Source: Minisyncoccota bacterium
Lineage (GTDB): Bacteria; Patescibacteriota; Microgenomatia; UBA1400; UBA12028
DNA length: 50,247 bases
Direction of reading: 5' to 3'
Assembly (NCBI GenBank): GCA_016211945.1
Contig: JACRHV010000008.1
Location: 1-50,247, forward strand
Made by a program: the position numbers and the translations under genes. This document shows, piece by piece, positions 1 through 8,997 of the stretch (position 1 is its first letter; each line of letters starts with the position of its first letter). The notes beneath the pieces are model-generated. The model did no database searches and was not told where the DNA came from. It saw only the letters and a program-made list of their open reading frames with translations.

Positions 1-2
1 TC

Positions 3-140
3 ACCCAACAGGATGTTGATGAGGTGGTGGAAGAAATCAATGCCAAGCCCAGAAAGTGTTTACAGTGGGATACTCCCACAGAACAGTTTTGTCGCTATAC
101 TACAGAAAGGACTGGTGGTGCGTTTCTATTGCGAATGTAG
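3..140 (+). mobile_element. 3' end of an IS30-family transposase gene (truncated by window edge)
   Basis: Frame +3 is open from the window edge to TAG 138-140 and reads TQQDVDEVVEEINAKPRKCLQWDTPTEQFCRY. The N-x-(R/K)-P-R-K-x-L-x-W-x-T-P-x-E-x-F tail matches the conserved C-terminus of IS30-type DDE transposases. There is no start codon in the window, so it is absent from the ORF track. Confidence 0.5.
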
Positions 141-165
141 GCAACAGAGAAATAGGGAGTTTGCA

Positions 166-174
166 TGGTATGAT
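166..174 (+). promoter_or_regulatory. extended -10 box TGgTATGAT, 6 nt upstream of the pth ATG (leaderless candidate)
   Basis: TG at 166-167, TATGAT at 169-174, then tttacc, then ATG 181. No Shine-Dalgarno sequence lies in between. Confidence 0.45.
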
Positions 175-180
175 TTTACC

Positions 181-717
181 ATGGGAAAGATCTACATCGT
201 TGGTTTGGGCAATCCTGGAAAACAGTATGAAAACTCGCGTCATAACGCGGGATTCATGTTCGTGGATGCGCTCGCAAAAATGTGGAATACTCCATGGAGA
301 CGAGATGCATCACTGCAAGCAGAAATAGCGGTTGTTCCGGAAAAACAATGCGTGTTGATCAAACCTCAAACATTTATGAATGGGAGTGGAAAAACCATCG
401 CAGAGCTTGTGAAATATGGCGGCGGGTACGATCACTTGTACGTCGCATACGATGATCTTGATCTCACGATTGGCGAATGGAAAATACAATGGGACAAAAG
501 TCCTAAAATACACAATGGAGTAAACTCCATAAAAGAGACATTGCCGGATACATCATTTTGGCACGTGCGCTTGGGGACAGATGGGCGTAATGGAGACAGA
601 TCAATTCCAAGTGAGTCGTATGTGTTACTCCCATTTTTAGATGAAGAACGCGAACATATTGACGCGACGATTCGTGCGGTAGTAAAGGAAATTGATGCCA
701 AGATTACTTCAGCATAG
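181..717 (+). CDS. pth: peptidyl-tRNA hydrolase
   Basis: From Met57 of track ORF 13..717, MGKIYIVGLGNPGKQYENSRHNAGF is the canonical Pth N-terminus, followed by FMNGSG and HNG motifs. The 56 upstream codons overlap the transposase tail and promoter and look non-coding. Confidence 0.9.
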   Translation: MGKIYIVGLGNPGKQYENSRHNAGFMFVDALAKMWNTPWRRDASLQAEIAVVPEKQCVLIKPQTFMNGSGKTIAELVKYGGGYDHLYVAYDDLDLTIGEWKIQWDKSPKIHNGVNSIKETLPDTSFWHVRLGTDGRNGDRSIPSESYVLLPFLDEEREHIDATIRAVVKEIDAKITSA

Positions 718-1909
718 TATCCATTTTCACTATCCGCTCTTTCCGGAAAAACTGCGATGGTTATTTTATGCACACCTCTTACGAGGTGCCGCATTGCAAA
801 TGGTGGGATTATTTATCCCTGTTTTCCTTTTTCTGCAAGGTGAGCGATATACATTTTTTTCTTTTGGACACGAGTGGAGTGGAATAACCAGAGGAGTTCT
901 TGCCGTTTGCTTCTATTTTATCGTGTACAGGGTAATCGTATTGCTGTTCGCAGTTCCCTCAGCTTCTCTAATCCGTAGGATGGGTCTCACAAAAAGCATG
1001 ATGGTAGGAAACTTTATCCTTGCCAGTCTTTTCGCATCTTTTTATGGAACGCTATACTATCCGTGGCTTCTCTTTCTCACGCCTATCCTTGCAGGTATAG
1101 AAACGGTATTCTATTGGGTTCCGTATTACACGCAGTTTTCTGTACACGCTGATATAAAGAAATTGGGCCAAGAAGTTGGAGCTGCGGATTTTCTTGATCG
1201 CCTTATTCGAGCATGTTTACCGATGGTTGGGGGAGCGATGATCGGAGTTTTTGGATTTCAAGCGTTGCACATAACTGGCGTGTTGTTTCTTGTTCTTGCT
1301 TCGGTATGTTTACTTGCGGTCCATGAAACGCGACTTTCGTTTCGAGTTTCACTTCTCGAATTTTTTGCGTGGGTAAAAAATAGATTGTTCCGTGACATCA
1401 TTATTGGATTTTGCGGGAAATATATTGATGACGCGTCTTTTGAGTTATGGGCCGTGTATACGTATATTTTTCTTGGCACAGCGCAAAGAGTAGGATACCT
1501 TTACTCTGTCGTTCTTTTTTTGTCTCTGATCATTTCATATGTCATGGGGTGGTATTTGGGTAAGCATAAGGGGAGAAAGATTTTTGTGCTGAGCGGAACC
1601 TTGATGAGTATGATGTGGATGTTCCGAACAATGGTACAAACAGTTTGGCATATTATTGCCGTTGACCTCGTGGATCGATTGGCATTGAGCGCATTTGTAC
1701 CGATTTTTGACACTCGTTTTTTCTTTGCTTCTCGAGGAAAATTAGTGTTTCATTTCTATATATTTCGAGAAATGATTCTCTCATGTATTGGCATACTTTT
1801 TTGGGTAAGTGTGGGCATTCTTTTTGTCTTGCCAGCACAGTGGAGTGGGGTGTTTGTATTAGCAAGTATCGGATCGTTGCTCAGTATACGGATGAGGAGG
1901 AATGAATGA
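695..1909 (+). CDS. MFS-type transporter (multi-pass membrane protein)
   Basis: About 12 hydrophobic segments. SLIRRMGLTKSMMVGN resembles MFS motif A in the TM2-TM3 loop. The track start at 692 is TTG; ATG 695 follows AAAGGAA. The gene overlaps the pth stop. Confidence 0.6.
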   Translation: MPRLLQHSIHFHYPLFPEKLRWLFYAHLLRGAALQMVGLFIPVFLFLQGERYTFFSFGHEWSGITRGVLAVCFYFIVYRVIVLLFAVPSASLIRRMGLTKSMMVGNFILASLFASFYGTLYYPWLLFLTPILAGIETVFYWVPYYTQFSVHADIKKLGQEVGAADFLDRLIRACLPMVGGAMIGVFGFQALHITGVLFLVLASVCLLAVHETRLSFRVSLLEFFAWVKNRLFRDIIIGFCGKYIDDASFELWAVYTYIFLGTAQRVGYLYSVVLFLSLIISYVMGWYLGKHKGRKIFVLSGTLMSMMWMFRTMVQTVWHIIAVDLVDRLALSAFVPIFDTRFFFASRGKLVFHFYIFREMILSCIGILFWVSVGILFVLPAQWSGVFVLASIGSLLSIRMRRNE

Positions 1910-2232
1910 AATCAATAGGATCGGTATTACAAAAGTACACACTTGATGACAAGGGTGGGCATATCACGCGCGAATTTCAAGATTACGGTTACCGACTAGC
2001 TGTGGAGCTCAATGATCTGGATCATACATCGTTGTACATCCGAATGGCGAAAACAGTAGATCGGGGAATATTGGAGCAGGCGCGAACATTTGTACTTGAC
2101 GCAAATGCGCGGAATCGTGCGCGACTTTTTATGTGGAAAGTTGGCGAATTGAAACGATCAAAAAATGGAGTAGGTGAAAAGAAAAGAGGTGGTGGGACTG
2201 TACGAAGCCAAGCAGACAAAGGAGGTCGATAA
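1906..2232 (+). CDS. hypothetical protein, basic C-terminal tail
   Basis: ATGA overlap with the upstream stop and TAATG overlap with the downstream start indicate operon packing. No motif recognised. Confidence 0.5.
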   Translation: MKSIGSVLQKYTLDDKGGHITREFQDYGYRLAVELNDLDHTSLYIRMAKTVDRGILEQARTFVLDANARNRARLFMWKVGELKRSKNGVGEKKRGGGTVRSQADKGGR

Positions 2233-2702
2233 TGGTTGTGACGATTTTCTTTACGATTGGTATGAAAATATTTGGAATGTGTTTTGGTGCACTTCTCCCC
2301 CTCGCCGATATATTGATGCACGCACTCTACCTTCATCCACAAGATGCTGATTCACAAGGACTCATCCAAGCCGTGAAGGAAAAAAAATTTGGAACAATCA
2401 TTCACGAAATTTTTCGTTTAGCAGATGAACCACATCATTACATCCATCGGGGAATTCTTTTTTTTGGAGTCTATGTATTAACCTCTCTCTTTGTTTTAAC
2501 CTCGACCGGTAGTGTATTGGGCAAGGGCTTTATCGCGGGATTTGGGGCGTCGCTCCTTTGGGCAATGTATCCCTATAGAAACCACGCTTTCGAGTTTCGC
2601 ACACGATTTTTCTGGGGAGTGTCAACAGATGTTTCACACGCATTCTTTGTGGTGTGTGTTATTGCACTGTGTATTCTTACAGTGCTCACTATTGTGGTAT
2701 AA
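2232..2702 (+). CDS. hypothetical membrane protein (about 4 TM)
   Basis: GGAGG at 2221-2225 precedes the ATG. The sequence contains hydrophobic helices. No family recognised. Confidence 0.5.
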   Translation: MVVTIFFTIGMKIFGMCFGALLPLADILMHALYLHPQDADSQGLIQAVKEKKFGTIIHEIFRLADEPHHYIHRGILFFGVYVLTSLFVLTSTGSVLGKGFIAGFGASLLWAMYPYRNHAFEFRTRFFWGVSTDVSHAFFVVCVIALCILTVLTIVV

Positions 2703-2703
2703 G
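2695..2703 (+). promoter_or_regulatory. extended -10 box TGgTATAAG, 7 nt upstream of the lgt ATG
   Basis: TGG at 2695-2697, TATAAG at 2698-2703, catatct, ATG 2711. It overlaps the stop of the upstream ORF. Confidence 0.35.
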
Positions 2704-2710
2704 CATATCT

Positions 2711-3442
2711 ATGTTTCATCTCTATGGATTTATCTTGGGATTTGCGATTGTTGCGGGAATGCATGCTTCCGAGTGGTTCATACAAAAACAACGATTCAAT
2801 ATTGAGAAAAAAATGTTTGAACGCGGATCTCTTTGGGCAATCGTTTTTGGTTTAATTGGCGCGCGTGTCTATCACCTTGCCACCGATTGGAGTATTTATG
2901 CTGGTAAATCAATGCTTTCCTTATTTGCGGTGTGGAATGGTGGGCTTGGAATATATGGGGCGATTGTTGGGGGAATTGCTGGATTGAGCGTTTTTCTCTA
3001 TAGAAACCAGTTGTTTCATGCAAAAAACATTCGTGATTTCCTCAACGCACTTGCATTCGGACTACCATTGGGTCAAGCAATAGGGAGATGGGGAAACTAT
3101 GGTAATGGAGAACTTATGGGAAAAGAGACAATGCTTCCTTGGGGAGTTTCTACATCGTTTGATGGACAAAAATTTCACCCGCTTTTTCTTTACGAGAGTA
3201 TTGCGGTGGCAATGTTTTGGATTGTTTCTCTGTGGTGTGTGAAGAAAAATGTTCGTCATATAACAATAAGGCTTTTTGTGTTCTACATCATGTGGTATGG
3301 AATCATCCGATTTTTTCTCGATTTTTTACGACCAAATCCAGCAATCGTTGGTTCTCTCACTGTCGCGCAGTGGTGGAGTATTCTGGCGGTTGTGAGTGGG
3401 ATCGTGATAGAGTTTAAACTAAGGAAAGAGTATGAAACATAA
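2711..3442 (+). CDS. lgt: prolipoprotein diacylglyceryl transferase
   Basis: MFHLYGFILGFAIVAG start, GARVYH, NGGLGIYGAIVGG, GQAIGRWGNYGNGEL and HPLFLYES are the conserved Lgt blocks. Met20 of the track ORF was chosen as the start. Confidence 0.85.
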   Translation: MFHLYGFILGFAIVAGMHASEWFIQKQRFNIEKKMFERGSLWAIVFGLIGARVYHLATDWSIYAGKSMLSLFAVWNGGLGIYGAIVGGIAGLSVFLYRNQLFHAKNIRDFLNALAFGLPLGQAIGRWGNYGNGELMGKETMLPWGVSTSFDGQKFHPLFLYESIAVAMFWIVSLWCVKKNVRHITIRLFVFYIMWYGIIRFFLDFLRPNPAIVGSLTVAQWWSILAVVSGIVIEFKLRKEYET

Positions 3443-3899
3443 AAAATTGATCGCACTTGTCGTGGGTTTTATTGCTGTCACACTTTTTGTTTTGTGGACG
3501 ATCTCATTCTCACGGAATATGTCTCTGAGCACGATCATTATTGGGAAAATACCATTGCGCGTCGAGGTGGCGCAGTCTCCCAATGCTCTAGAAAAAGGTT
3601 TGGGTGGTCGGGATAGTATTGGATCTGACGGCATGCTTTTTATTCTGCCACAGAAATCAATTCCAACTTTCTGGATGAAAGACATGAAGTTTCCGCTCGA
3701 TTTTATATGGATTGATGGCGACAAAGTTGTTGATATCACAGAAGGTGTTCTTGCTCCCCGGGCGTCAGAACTGGAGAGCGTGTTGCCAAGATATTCGCCC
3801 AAATTTCTTACAACACATGTGCTCGAGATACCTGCCGGATCTACAAAAAAATATGGGATACAGATAGGAGATAGCGTTACATTGAGATTAAAAATATAG
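3432..3899 (+). CDS. DUF192-family protein with N-terminal membrane anchor
   Basis: GLGGRDSIGSDGMLFI...FWMKDMKFPLDFIWID...VLEIPAG matches the DUF192 (COG1430-type) pattern. It overlaps the lgt end by 11 nt. Confidence 0.75.
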   Translation: MKHKKLIALVVGFIAVTLFVLWTISFSRNMSLSTIIIGKIPLRVEVAQSPNALEKGLGGRDSIGSDGMLFILPQKSIPTFWMKDMKFPLDFIWIDGDKVVDITEGVLAPRASELESVLPRYSPKFLTTHVLEIPAGSTKKYGIQIGDSVTLRLKI

Positions 3900-4166
3900 A
3901 TCCGCAACATTTATTTTATGCAGACTGAGAATAACGTGCTGATTTTCCTCATTCACGCCAATACTTTCTGAGACATACCATCCAAGTTTTCTAAAATGTT
4001 CGGTAAGAAAGCGGTGGAGTTCTTGCGGAAGTTTGTGATTCTCCGGAACAACATCCATGCCCAAGATTGCCATGCTCACGAACAGAGAGGCTTTGTCACC
4101 AAAAAGCGCATTTTTCTGATGTTCTATCGCATCGACTATACCAATTCCTATTGCTCTATCAATCAT
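3888..4166 (-). CDS. hypothetical protein
   Basis: 92-aa ORF divergent from the CsoR-like gene. On the minus strand a TATAAT box (plus-strand attata 4182-4187) and GAGGGG precede its ATG. No family recognised. Confidence 0.35.
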   Translation of the reverse strand: MIDRAIGIGIVDAIEHQKNALFGDKASLFVSMAILGMDVVPENHKLPQELHRFLTEHFRKLGWYVSESIGVNEENQHVILSLHKINVADLYF

Positions 4167-4190
4167 TTTTACCCCTCGAACATTATACTC

Positions 4191-4220
4191 TTGACATCAC
4201 TTGCGAAGAAGGTGTACAGT
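4191..4220 (+). promoter_or_regulatory. sigma70-like promoter TTGACA-N18-TACAGT for the CsoR-like/trx operon
   Basis: TTGACA at 4191-4196 and TACAGT at 4215-4220. The predicted transcription start falls about 4227, at the edge of the palindrome below. Confidence 0.45.
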
Positions 4221-4226
4221 ACCAAG

Positions 4227-4241
4227 TACTGGGGGGGAGTA
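4227..4241 (+). promoter_or_regulatory. candidate CsoR-type operator TACT-G7-AGTA
   Basis: Inverted repeat TACT/AGTA around a G7 tract, 6 nt upstream of the regulator ATG. This resembles the G-tract-centred AT-flanked operators of CsoR-family repressors. The G tract could alternatively be just the ribosome binding site. Confidence 0.35.
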
Positions 4242-4246
4242 TATTT

Positions 4247-4504
4247 ATGACGTCTGGAATAAACACCCAAGAAGATCTCACACAGCTCCTCAATCGCATT
4301 CGCGGACAGATTGAAGGTATTGCAAAAATGATAGATGAAAAACGCGATTGTTTGGATATTGTTCAACAAATCCTTGCAGCTCGAAGCGCACTCGCAAGAG
4401 TCGGAAAAGAATTTTTAACGAAAGAGGCCGTTCAATGTTCAAGTTCGGCAAAGGATAAAGACAAGCTCGATATCTTACTCAAACAACTTTTTTCTTTAGA
4501 GTAA
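4247..4504 (+). CDS. CsoR/RcnR/FrmR-family (DUF156) transcriptional repressor, two-Cys type
   Basis: From Met61 of track ORF 4067..4504, LLNRIRGQIEGIAKMIDEKRDCLDIVQQILAARSALARVG is the family signature. Cys is present at RDC and VQC. The position 4 residues before the second Cys is Glu rather than the His of Cu-sensing CsoR. Confidence 0.8.
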   Translation: MTSGINTQEDLTQLLNRIRGQIEGIAKMIDEKRDCLDIVQQILAARSALARVGKEFLTKEAVQCSSSAKDKDKLDILLKQLFSLE

Positions 4505-4525
4505 GAAAGATAAAAAGGAGGCAAT

Positions 4526-4852
4526 ATGCCAGCACAACATATCAACGATGCAGATTTCCAGTCAAAAGTAATGGAAAGCAAGTTGCCGGTGCTCCTCGAT
4601 TTTTATGCGACATGGTGTGGTCCATGCAAAATGGCGGGACCCGTATTGGATACCTTATCGGACGAACTCGATGGCAAAGTACATATTTTTAAGATTGATG
4701 TTGACGAGAATCCAGAAACGCCACAAAAATTTGGTGTCATGAGCATTCCAACAGTTATCCTGTTTCAGGATGGCAAAGAAGTGGCGCGGAAGGTTGGATT
4801 TGGCGGTGAACAGGGGTATCGCACAATGTTAACTCAAGTATTGTCTGTGTAA
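4526..4852 (+). CDS. trxA: thioredoxin
   Basis: WCGPCK active site, length typical of thioredoxin, AAGGAGG ribosome binding site upstream. Confidence 0.92.
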   Translation: MPAQHINDADFQSKVMESKLPVLLDFYATWCGPCKMAGPVLDTLSDELDGKVHIFKIDVDENPETPQKFGVMSIPTVILFQDGKEVARKVGFGGEQGYRTMLTQVLSV

Positions 4853-4864
4853 CAAGGGAGTTGT

Positions 4865-5863
4865 ATGGCAGGGGTACAGAACGTCATCATTATCGGCTCA
4901 GGACCTTCGGGATGGTCGGCCGCGATATATCTTGCCCGAGCACAGCTCCAACCCTTGGTTTTTGCGGGGGAAAAAAGCGGTGGACAGCTCATGCTTACCA
5001 CGGTTGTTGAAAATTTTCCTGGATTTCCACAGGGGATTGAGGGCCCGCAACTCATGACGAATATGCGCGAGCAGGCAGTAAAATTTGGCGCAATAGTAAA
5101 AGATACCAACGTAACACGTGTTGATTTTTCTCAAAAACCATTAAAAGTTTGGGCGGCTACCGGTTCGCAAGGAGCCGAGGAAGAATACCAAGCAAAAGCG
5201 GTGCTTATCACAACAGGTGCTGAAGCAGTTTGGCTCGATGTACCAGGAGAAAAGGAGTTTATTGGGCGTGGAGTTTCAACATGTGCGGTCTGTGATGCAG
5301 CATTTTTTAAGAATAAACAAACGGTTGTCGTTGGTGGCGGAGATGCGGCAATGGAAGACATTCTTGCACTCACTACATTTGCGTCGAATGTTACCGTGAT
5401 CCATCGACGGGACAGTTTCCGAGCGAGCAAAATCATGGCGGAACGCGTGCTCGGTCACCCAAAGGTGAAGGTGATATGGAACAGTGCAGTACAAGAGATT
5501 CGCGGGGATGGAAAAGTAACTGGAGTTCTTGTGGAAAACCTTGTTACGCACGAAAAAAGTGCTTTATCTACAGACGGAGTATTTGTTGCCATAGGCCATC
5601 GGCCGTCAACGGAACTTTTTAAAGATCACATTCAACTTGATGAAAAAGGGTTCATACTTACGCGTTTTGGACTTGAAGAAAAAAGCGTTCACCTTGCCCA
5701 ATCTTCATTACGCAATGGATTTGTGCAGTTTCCCACAATGACCTCGGTTGAGGGGGTTTTTGCGGCGGGAGATGTTGTTGATTTCCGATACAAGCAAGCG
5801 ATTACCGCGGCAGGATACGGAACGATGGCGGCGCTTGATATTGAATGGTGGCTTTCAACATAA
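4865..5863 (+). CDS. trxB: thioredoxin-disulfide reductase
   Basis: GSGPSGWSAAIY (FAD-binding GxGxxG), CAVCDAAFF redox CxxC, VVGGGDAAMEDI NADPH site, GVFAAGDV. Confidence 0.92.
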   Translation: MAGVQNVIIIGSGPSGWSAAIYLARAQLQPLVFAGEKSGGQLMLTTVVENFPGFPQGIEGPQLMTNMREQAVKFGAIVKDTNVTRVDFSQKPLKVWAATGSQGAEEEYQAKAVLITTGAEAVWLDVPGEKEFIGRGVSTCAVCDAAFFKNKQTVVVGGGDAAMEDILALTTFASNVTVIHRRDSFRASKIMAERVLGHPKVKVIWNSAVQEIRGDGKVTGVLVENLVTHEKSALSTDGVFVAIGHRPSTELFKDHIQLDEKGFILTRFGLEEKSVHLAQSSLRNGFVQFPTMTSVEGVFAAGDVVDFRYKQAITAAGYGTMAALDIEWWLST

Positions 5864-5877
5864 AATTTAGGAGGAAT

Positions 5878-7146
5878 ATGGTACATAATCCGTATCACAA
5901 CGCCGTGAAACAACTCGAAGAGGCCGCTGTTTTGTTGGAGCCGATGTATGAAGATAAAAAGAAATTTCATGCAATTGTTGAACAATTAAAAACGCCAAAC
6001 GCTGTGCACGAAGCACAACTTGTTGTGAAGATGGATGATGGTTCAACACAGAAATTCCAGGCATATCGTAGTCAACACGATGACGTACGCGGACCATATA
6101 AGGGTGGTATTCGCTATCATCACGATGTGAATTTAGACGAAGTGAAGGCGCTTTCTTTGTGGATGACGTGGAAATGCGCAACAACGGGAATTCCATACGG
6201 TGGTGCAAAAGGTGGGATTATTGTTGACCCATCAAAACTCACACACAATGAGTTGGAGCGGCTGAGCAGAGCATATGCGAAATTTGTCGCTCCGTACATC
6301 GGTACCTGGCGCGATGTTCCAGCACCAGATGTAAACACAAACGGCCAAATCATGGCGTGGATGCTCGACGAGTACGAGTCCATTATTGGAAAACATGAGC
6401 CCGCAGTCTTCACTGGAAAACCGTTAGAGTTAGGTGGGTCATTGGGGCGCGAGGAAGCAACGGGGCAAGGGGGAGTGTATGTTCTTGAACAGCTCGCAAA
6501 AAAATTAAAGATGGTTCCATCAAAGACTTCGATTGCAATACAGGGGTTGGGGAATGTTGGGTATTGGTTTGCTGTTTGTGCTGCAGATATGGGATTTCTT
6601 GTCGTTGCTTTATCTGATAGTCGAGGAGGAATTGTATCAAATGACATGAAAAAAGGACTCGACGTGAAAAAAGTGCTTGCATACAAGAAAGAGAAGGGGA
6701 GTATTCAAGGGTTTTCAGGAACGCGTGATATAACGAACGACGAACTTCTCTCGCTTCCCGTGGATATTCTTGTCCCAGCGGCACTAGAAAATGTGATAAC
6801 AGATGAGAATGTAAAGAATATTCGAGCAAAGGCCATCATCGAGATGGCAAATGGACCAGTCACTCCGGAAGCAGACGGTATGTTGTGGGAGCGTGGCATC
6901 TTTTCAGTTCCTGATGTTCTGTCGAACGCAGGAGGTGTTACGGTGTCGTATTTTGAATGGGTGCAGAACCTTCATGGATACAGTTGGAGTAAAGAGGAAG
7001 TGTTTAAAAAATTGAAACCACTCATGGTTGATGCGTTTAATCACATGTGGTCTTTACACACAACACGAAAGGTTCATTTGCGTATGGCTACATACATTGG
7101 CGCGGTAAAAAGAGTGGTAGATGCTCACATATTGAGGGGGAGATAA
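5878..7146 (+). CDS. gdhA: Glu/Leu/Phe/Val-family (glutamate) dehydrogenase
   Basis: YKGGIRYH, PYGGAKGG catalytic Lys block and GLGNVGYW Rossmann motif. ATG 5878 follows AGGAGG (Met12 of the track ORF). Confidence 0.88.
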   Translation: MVHNPYHNAVKQLEEAAVLLEPMYEDKKKFHAIVEQLKTPNAVHEAQLVVKMDDGSTQKFQAYRSQHDDVRGPYKGGIRYHHDVNLDEVKALSLWMTWKCATTGIPYGGAKGGIIVDPSKLTHNELERLSRAYAKFVAPYIGTWRDVPAPDVNTNGQIMAWMLDEYESIIGKHEPAVFTGKPLELGGSLGREEATGQGGVYVLEQLAKKLKMVPSKTSIAIQGLGNVGYWFAVCAADMGFLVVALSDSRGGIVSNDMKKGLDVKKVLAYKKEKGSIQGFSGTRDITNDELLSLPVDILVPAALENVITDENVKNIRAKAIIEMANGPVTPEADGMLWERGIFSVPDVLSNAGGVTVSYFEWVQNLHGYSWSKEEVFKKLKPLMVDAFNHMWSLHTTRKVHLRMATYIGAVKRVVDAHILRGR

Positions 7147-7173
7147 AGAATGTTGGACATTCTCTCTTTTTTT
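7147..7173 (+). terminator. intrinsic terminator after gdh
   Basis: agaatgt-tgg-acattct hairpin followed by ctcttttttt. Confidence 0.7.
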
Positions 7174-7222
7174 CTATACACTATCCGCACGCATTCTTTA
7201 AATACACGCCCAGGGAGGTTTT

Positions 7223-8047
7223 ATGAAGACAGTAAAAGCAGCCGTTCAGGCAGAGAATAATGAAAAGACAGAAAAAAAAGCCTCAATGAAAATGATCTCA
7301 TTTACTGAAGTTGTGAACGCCAGTATTGCCCATTTCGGAACGGCGTTGCTCATTGTTGCTGCATTTTTAATCGGCATGTTGTGGACGGAAGTTCGTTATC
7401 TGAAGAAGGGCGTGGGGACGGCACCATCGTATGCACCGACCGCGCAAGCTCCAACACAACAGCAGAACCAACCACAGGAAACTCCGTTAACCGATGATCA
7501 ATGGAAGCAAGTTACTTCTGGAGCGGTGTTTGAGTTGGGAAAGAAGAACGCGCCTGTGACAATGGTTGAGTTTACTGATTATCAGTGTCCGTTCTGTGCT
7601 CGACATTTTACGGAAACCTATGGCAAACTTGTTGAAAACTATGTGAAGTCTGGAAAGCTTCGAATTCTTGTGCGAGATCTTCCGCTTTCATTCCATCCAA
7701 ATGCACGTCCGGGGGCGATTGCCGCTCGATGCGCAGGTGAGCAGGGGAAGTACGAACAGATGCATGACACGCTTTTTGGAAGTCAACAAGATTGGTCAAG
7801 TCTTGCAGGTGATGCGGCAAAACTGAAAATGAACGAATATGCCAAGAAAATTGGATTAAATACAGAAAAATTTGATCAATGTATAAAAGAAGAAAAATAC
7901 GGTAAAGACGTAGATGCTGATTTGGCGTTGGCAAACAAAGTTGGCGCAACGGGAACGCCAACGTTCTTTGTGAATAAAGAACGTATTGTCGGCGCTTTAC
8001 CGTATATAGATTTTTCAGCGCGAATAGACGCAATGTTAAAGAAGTAA
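7223..8047 (+). CDS. membrane-anchored DsbA-family thiol:disulfide oxidoreductase
   Basis: N-terminal TM segment (LLIVAAFLIGMLW), a Q/P-rich linker, then a thioredoxin fold with YQCPFC. GGGAGG ribosome binding site. Confidence 0.8.
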   Translation: MKTVKAAVQAENNEKTEKKASMKMISFTEVVNASIAHFGTALLIVAAFLIGMLWTEVRYLKKGVGTAPSYAPTAQAPTQQQNQPQETPLTDDQWKQVTSGAVFELGKKNAPVTMVEFTDYQCPFCARHFTETYGKLVENYVKSGKLRILVRDLPLSFHPNARPGAIAARCAGEQGKYEQMHDTLFGSQQDWSSLAGDAAKLKMNEYAKKIGLNTEKFDQCIKEEKYGKDVDADLALANKVGATGTPTFFVNKERIVGALPYIDFSARIDAMLKK

Positions 8048-8074
8048 CCTCTGGAATTGTTGTATAATAGCCCG

Positions 8075-8992
8075 ATGAGGGTATGTACAGTGAGTGTTGT
8101 TTTTGCGATAAGTACTTTTGTGGTGGTTGCCATGTCTCCGGCATACGTACGTGCAGCGCAAGAAACATCATTGCAACCCCAACAACTTCTGACCGTTACA
8201 CCACCTCCATTCGCAACCTCCTCAGGACAAACACAAGAAAAAGAACATACCATTGATATCACACAAACAACTGTTGAGACAAAAAGTAAACTTGCCGCGT
8301 ACCTCGATAGTGTTTCAATGACGCCGCGTTCTCCATTAAATATTATCCAGCATGCAATTCGCAACGCAGTGAACCAAGGCGTTCCCGCAAACATTCTTGT
8401 TTTATTATTATTGTTTCCTGTTACAGCATCACTTATCGCAATTTTTCGCCACATTATCGGACTACGAGGATTTGGTATATACACTCCCGCCGTTATTGCG
8501 GTGGCATTTATCTCCACAGGAATTGTTCGAGGACTCATTCTTTTTCTTCTTGTTTTTACTACAGTGATGGTTGGGAAGTCATTGTTGAATAGATTAAAAC
8601 TACAGTATCTTCCGCGCACTGCACTCTTGCTTTGGTTTGTTTCGTGTACGATGTTTGGTCTGCTCCTTCTCTCGCCGTACCTGCCAATAGCGAATCTTGC
8701 GAGTGTTGGAATTTTTCCATTATTGGTCCTTATTCTGCTTTCAGAAAACTTTTTAGAAGCGCAGATTTCCGGGAGCCTTCGTCGGGCCATCCAGCTCACC
8801 ATTGAGACGCTTGTTCTTGCAACGATTTCTGCAGTTTTCATGCGCACACTCGAGGTACAAAAATTTGTGATTATCTATCCAGAATTTACAATTCTCGCGG
8901 TGCTTTGTATAGATATTATTGTGGGGAAGTATACAGGCCTTCGTGTCTCTGAGTTTTTCCGATTCCAACCCATAATTGATCCGGAAGAATAA
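8075..8992 (+). CDS. 7-TM membrane protein of the type usually fused to an inactive transglutaminase (7TM_transglut-like)
   Basis: The track start at 8057 is TTG. ATG 8075 gives a signal-peptide-like MRVCTVSVVFAISTFVVVAMSPAYVRA. The C-terminal two thirds form about 7 helices (LIAIFRHIIGLRGFGIYTPAVIAVAFISTG). It is the immediate neighbour of the ATP-grasp gene. TATAAT at 8063-8068 lies 6 nt before the ATG. Confidence 0.55.
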   Translation: MRVCTVSVVFAISTFVVVAMSPAYVRAAQETSLQPQQLLTVTPPPFATSSGQTQEKEHTIDITQTTVETKSKLAAYLDSVSMTPRSPLNIIQHAIRNAVNQGVPANILVLLLLFPVTASLIAIFRHIIGLRGFGIYTPAVIAVAFISTGIVRGLILFLLVFTTVMVGKSLLNRLKLQYLPRTALLLWFVSCTMFGLLLLSPYLPIANLASVGIFPLLVLILLSENFLEAQISGSLRRAIQLTIETLVLATISAVFMRTLEVQKFVIIYPEFTILAVLCIDIIVGKYTGLRVSEFFRFQPIIDPEE

Positions 8993-8997
8993 CCACC

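Noticed and set aside
7608-8847. ORFs 7608..8171 (187 aa) and 7876..8847 (323 aa), antisense to the DsbA-like and 7TM genes
   Set aside because: The sense-strand products have clear features (CPFC thioredoxin fold, signal peptide plus 7 TM helices, operon packing). The antisense ORFs have none.
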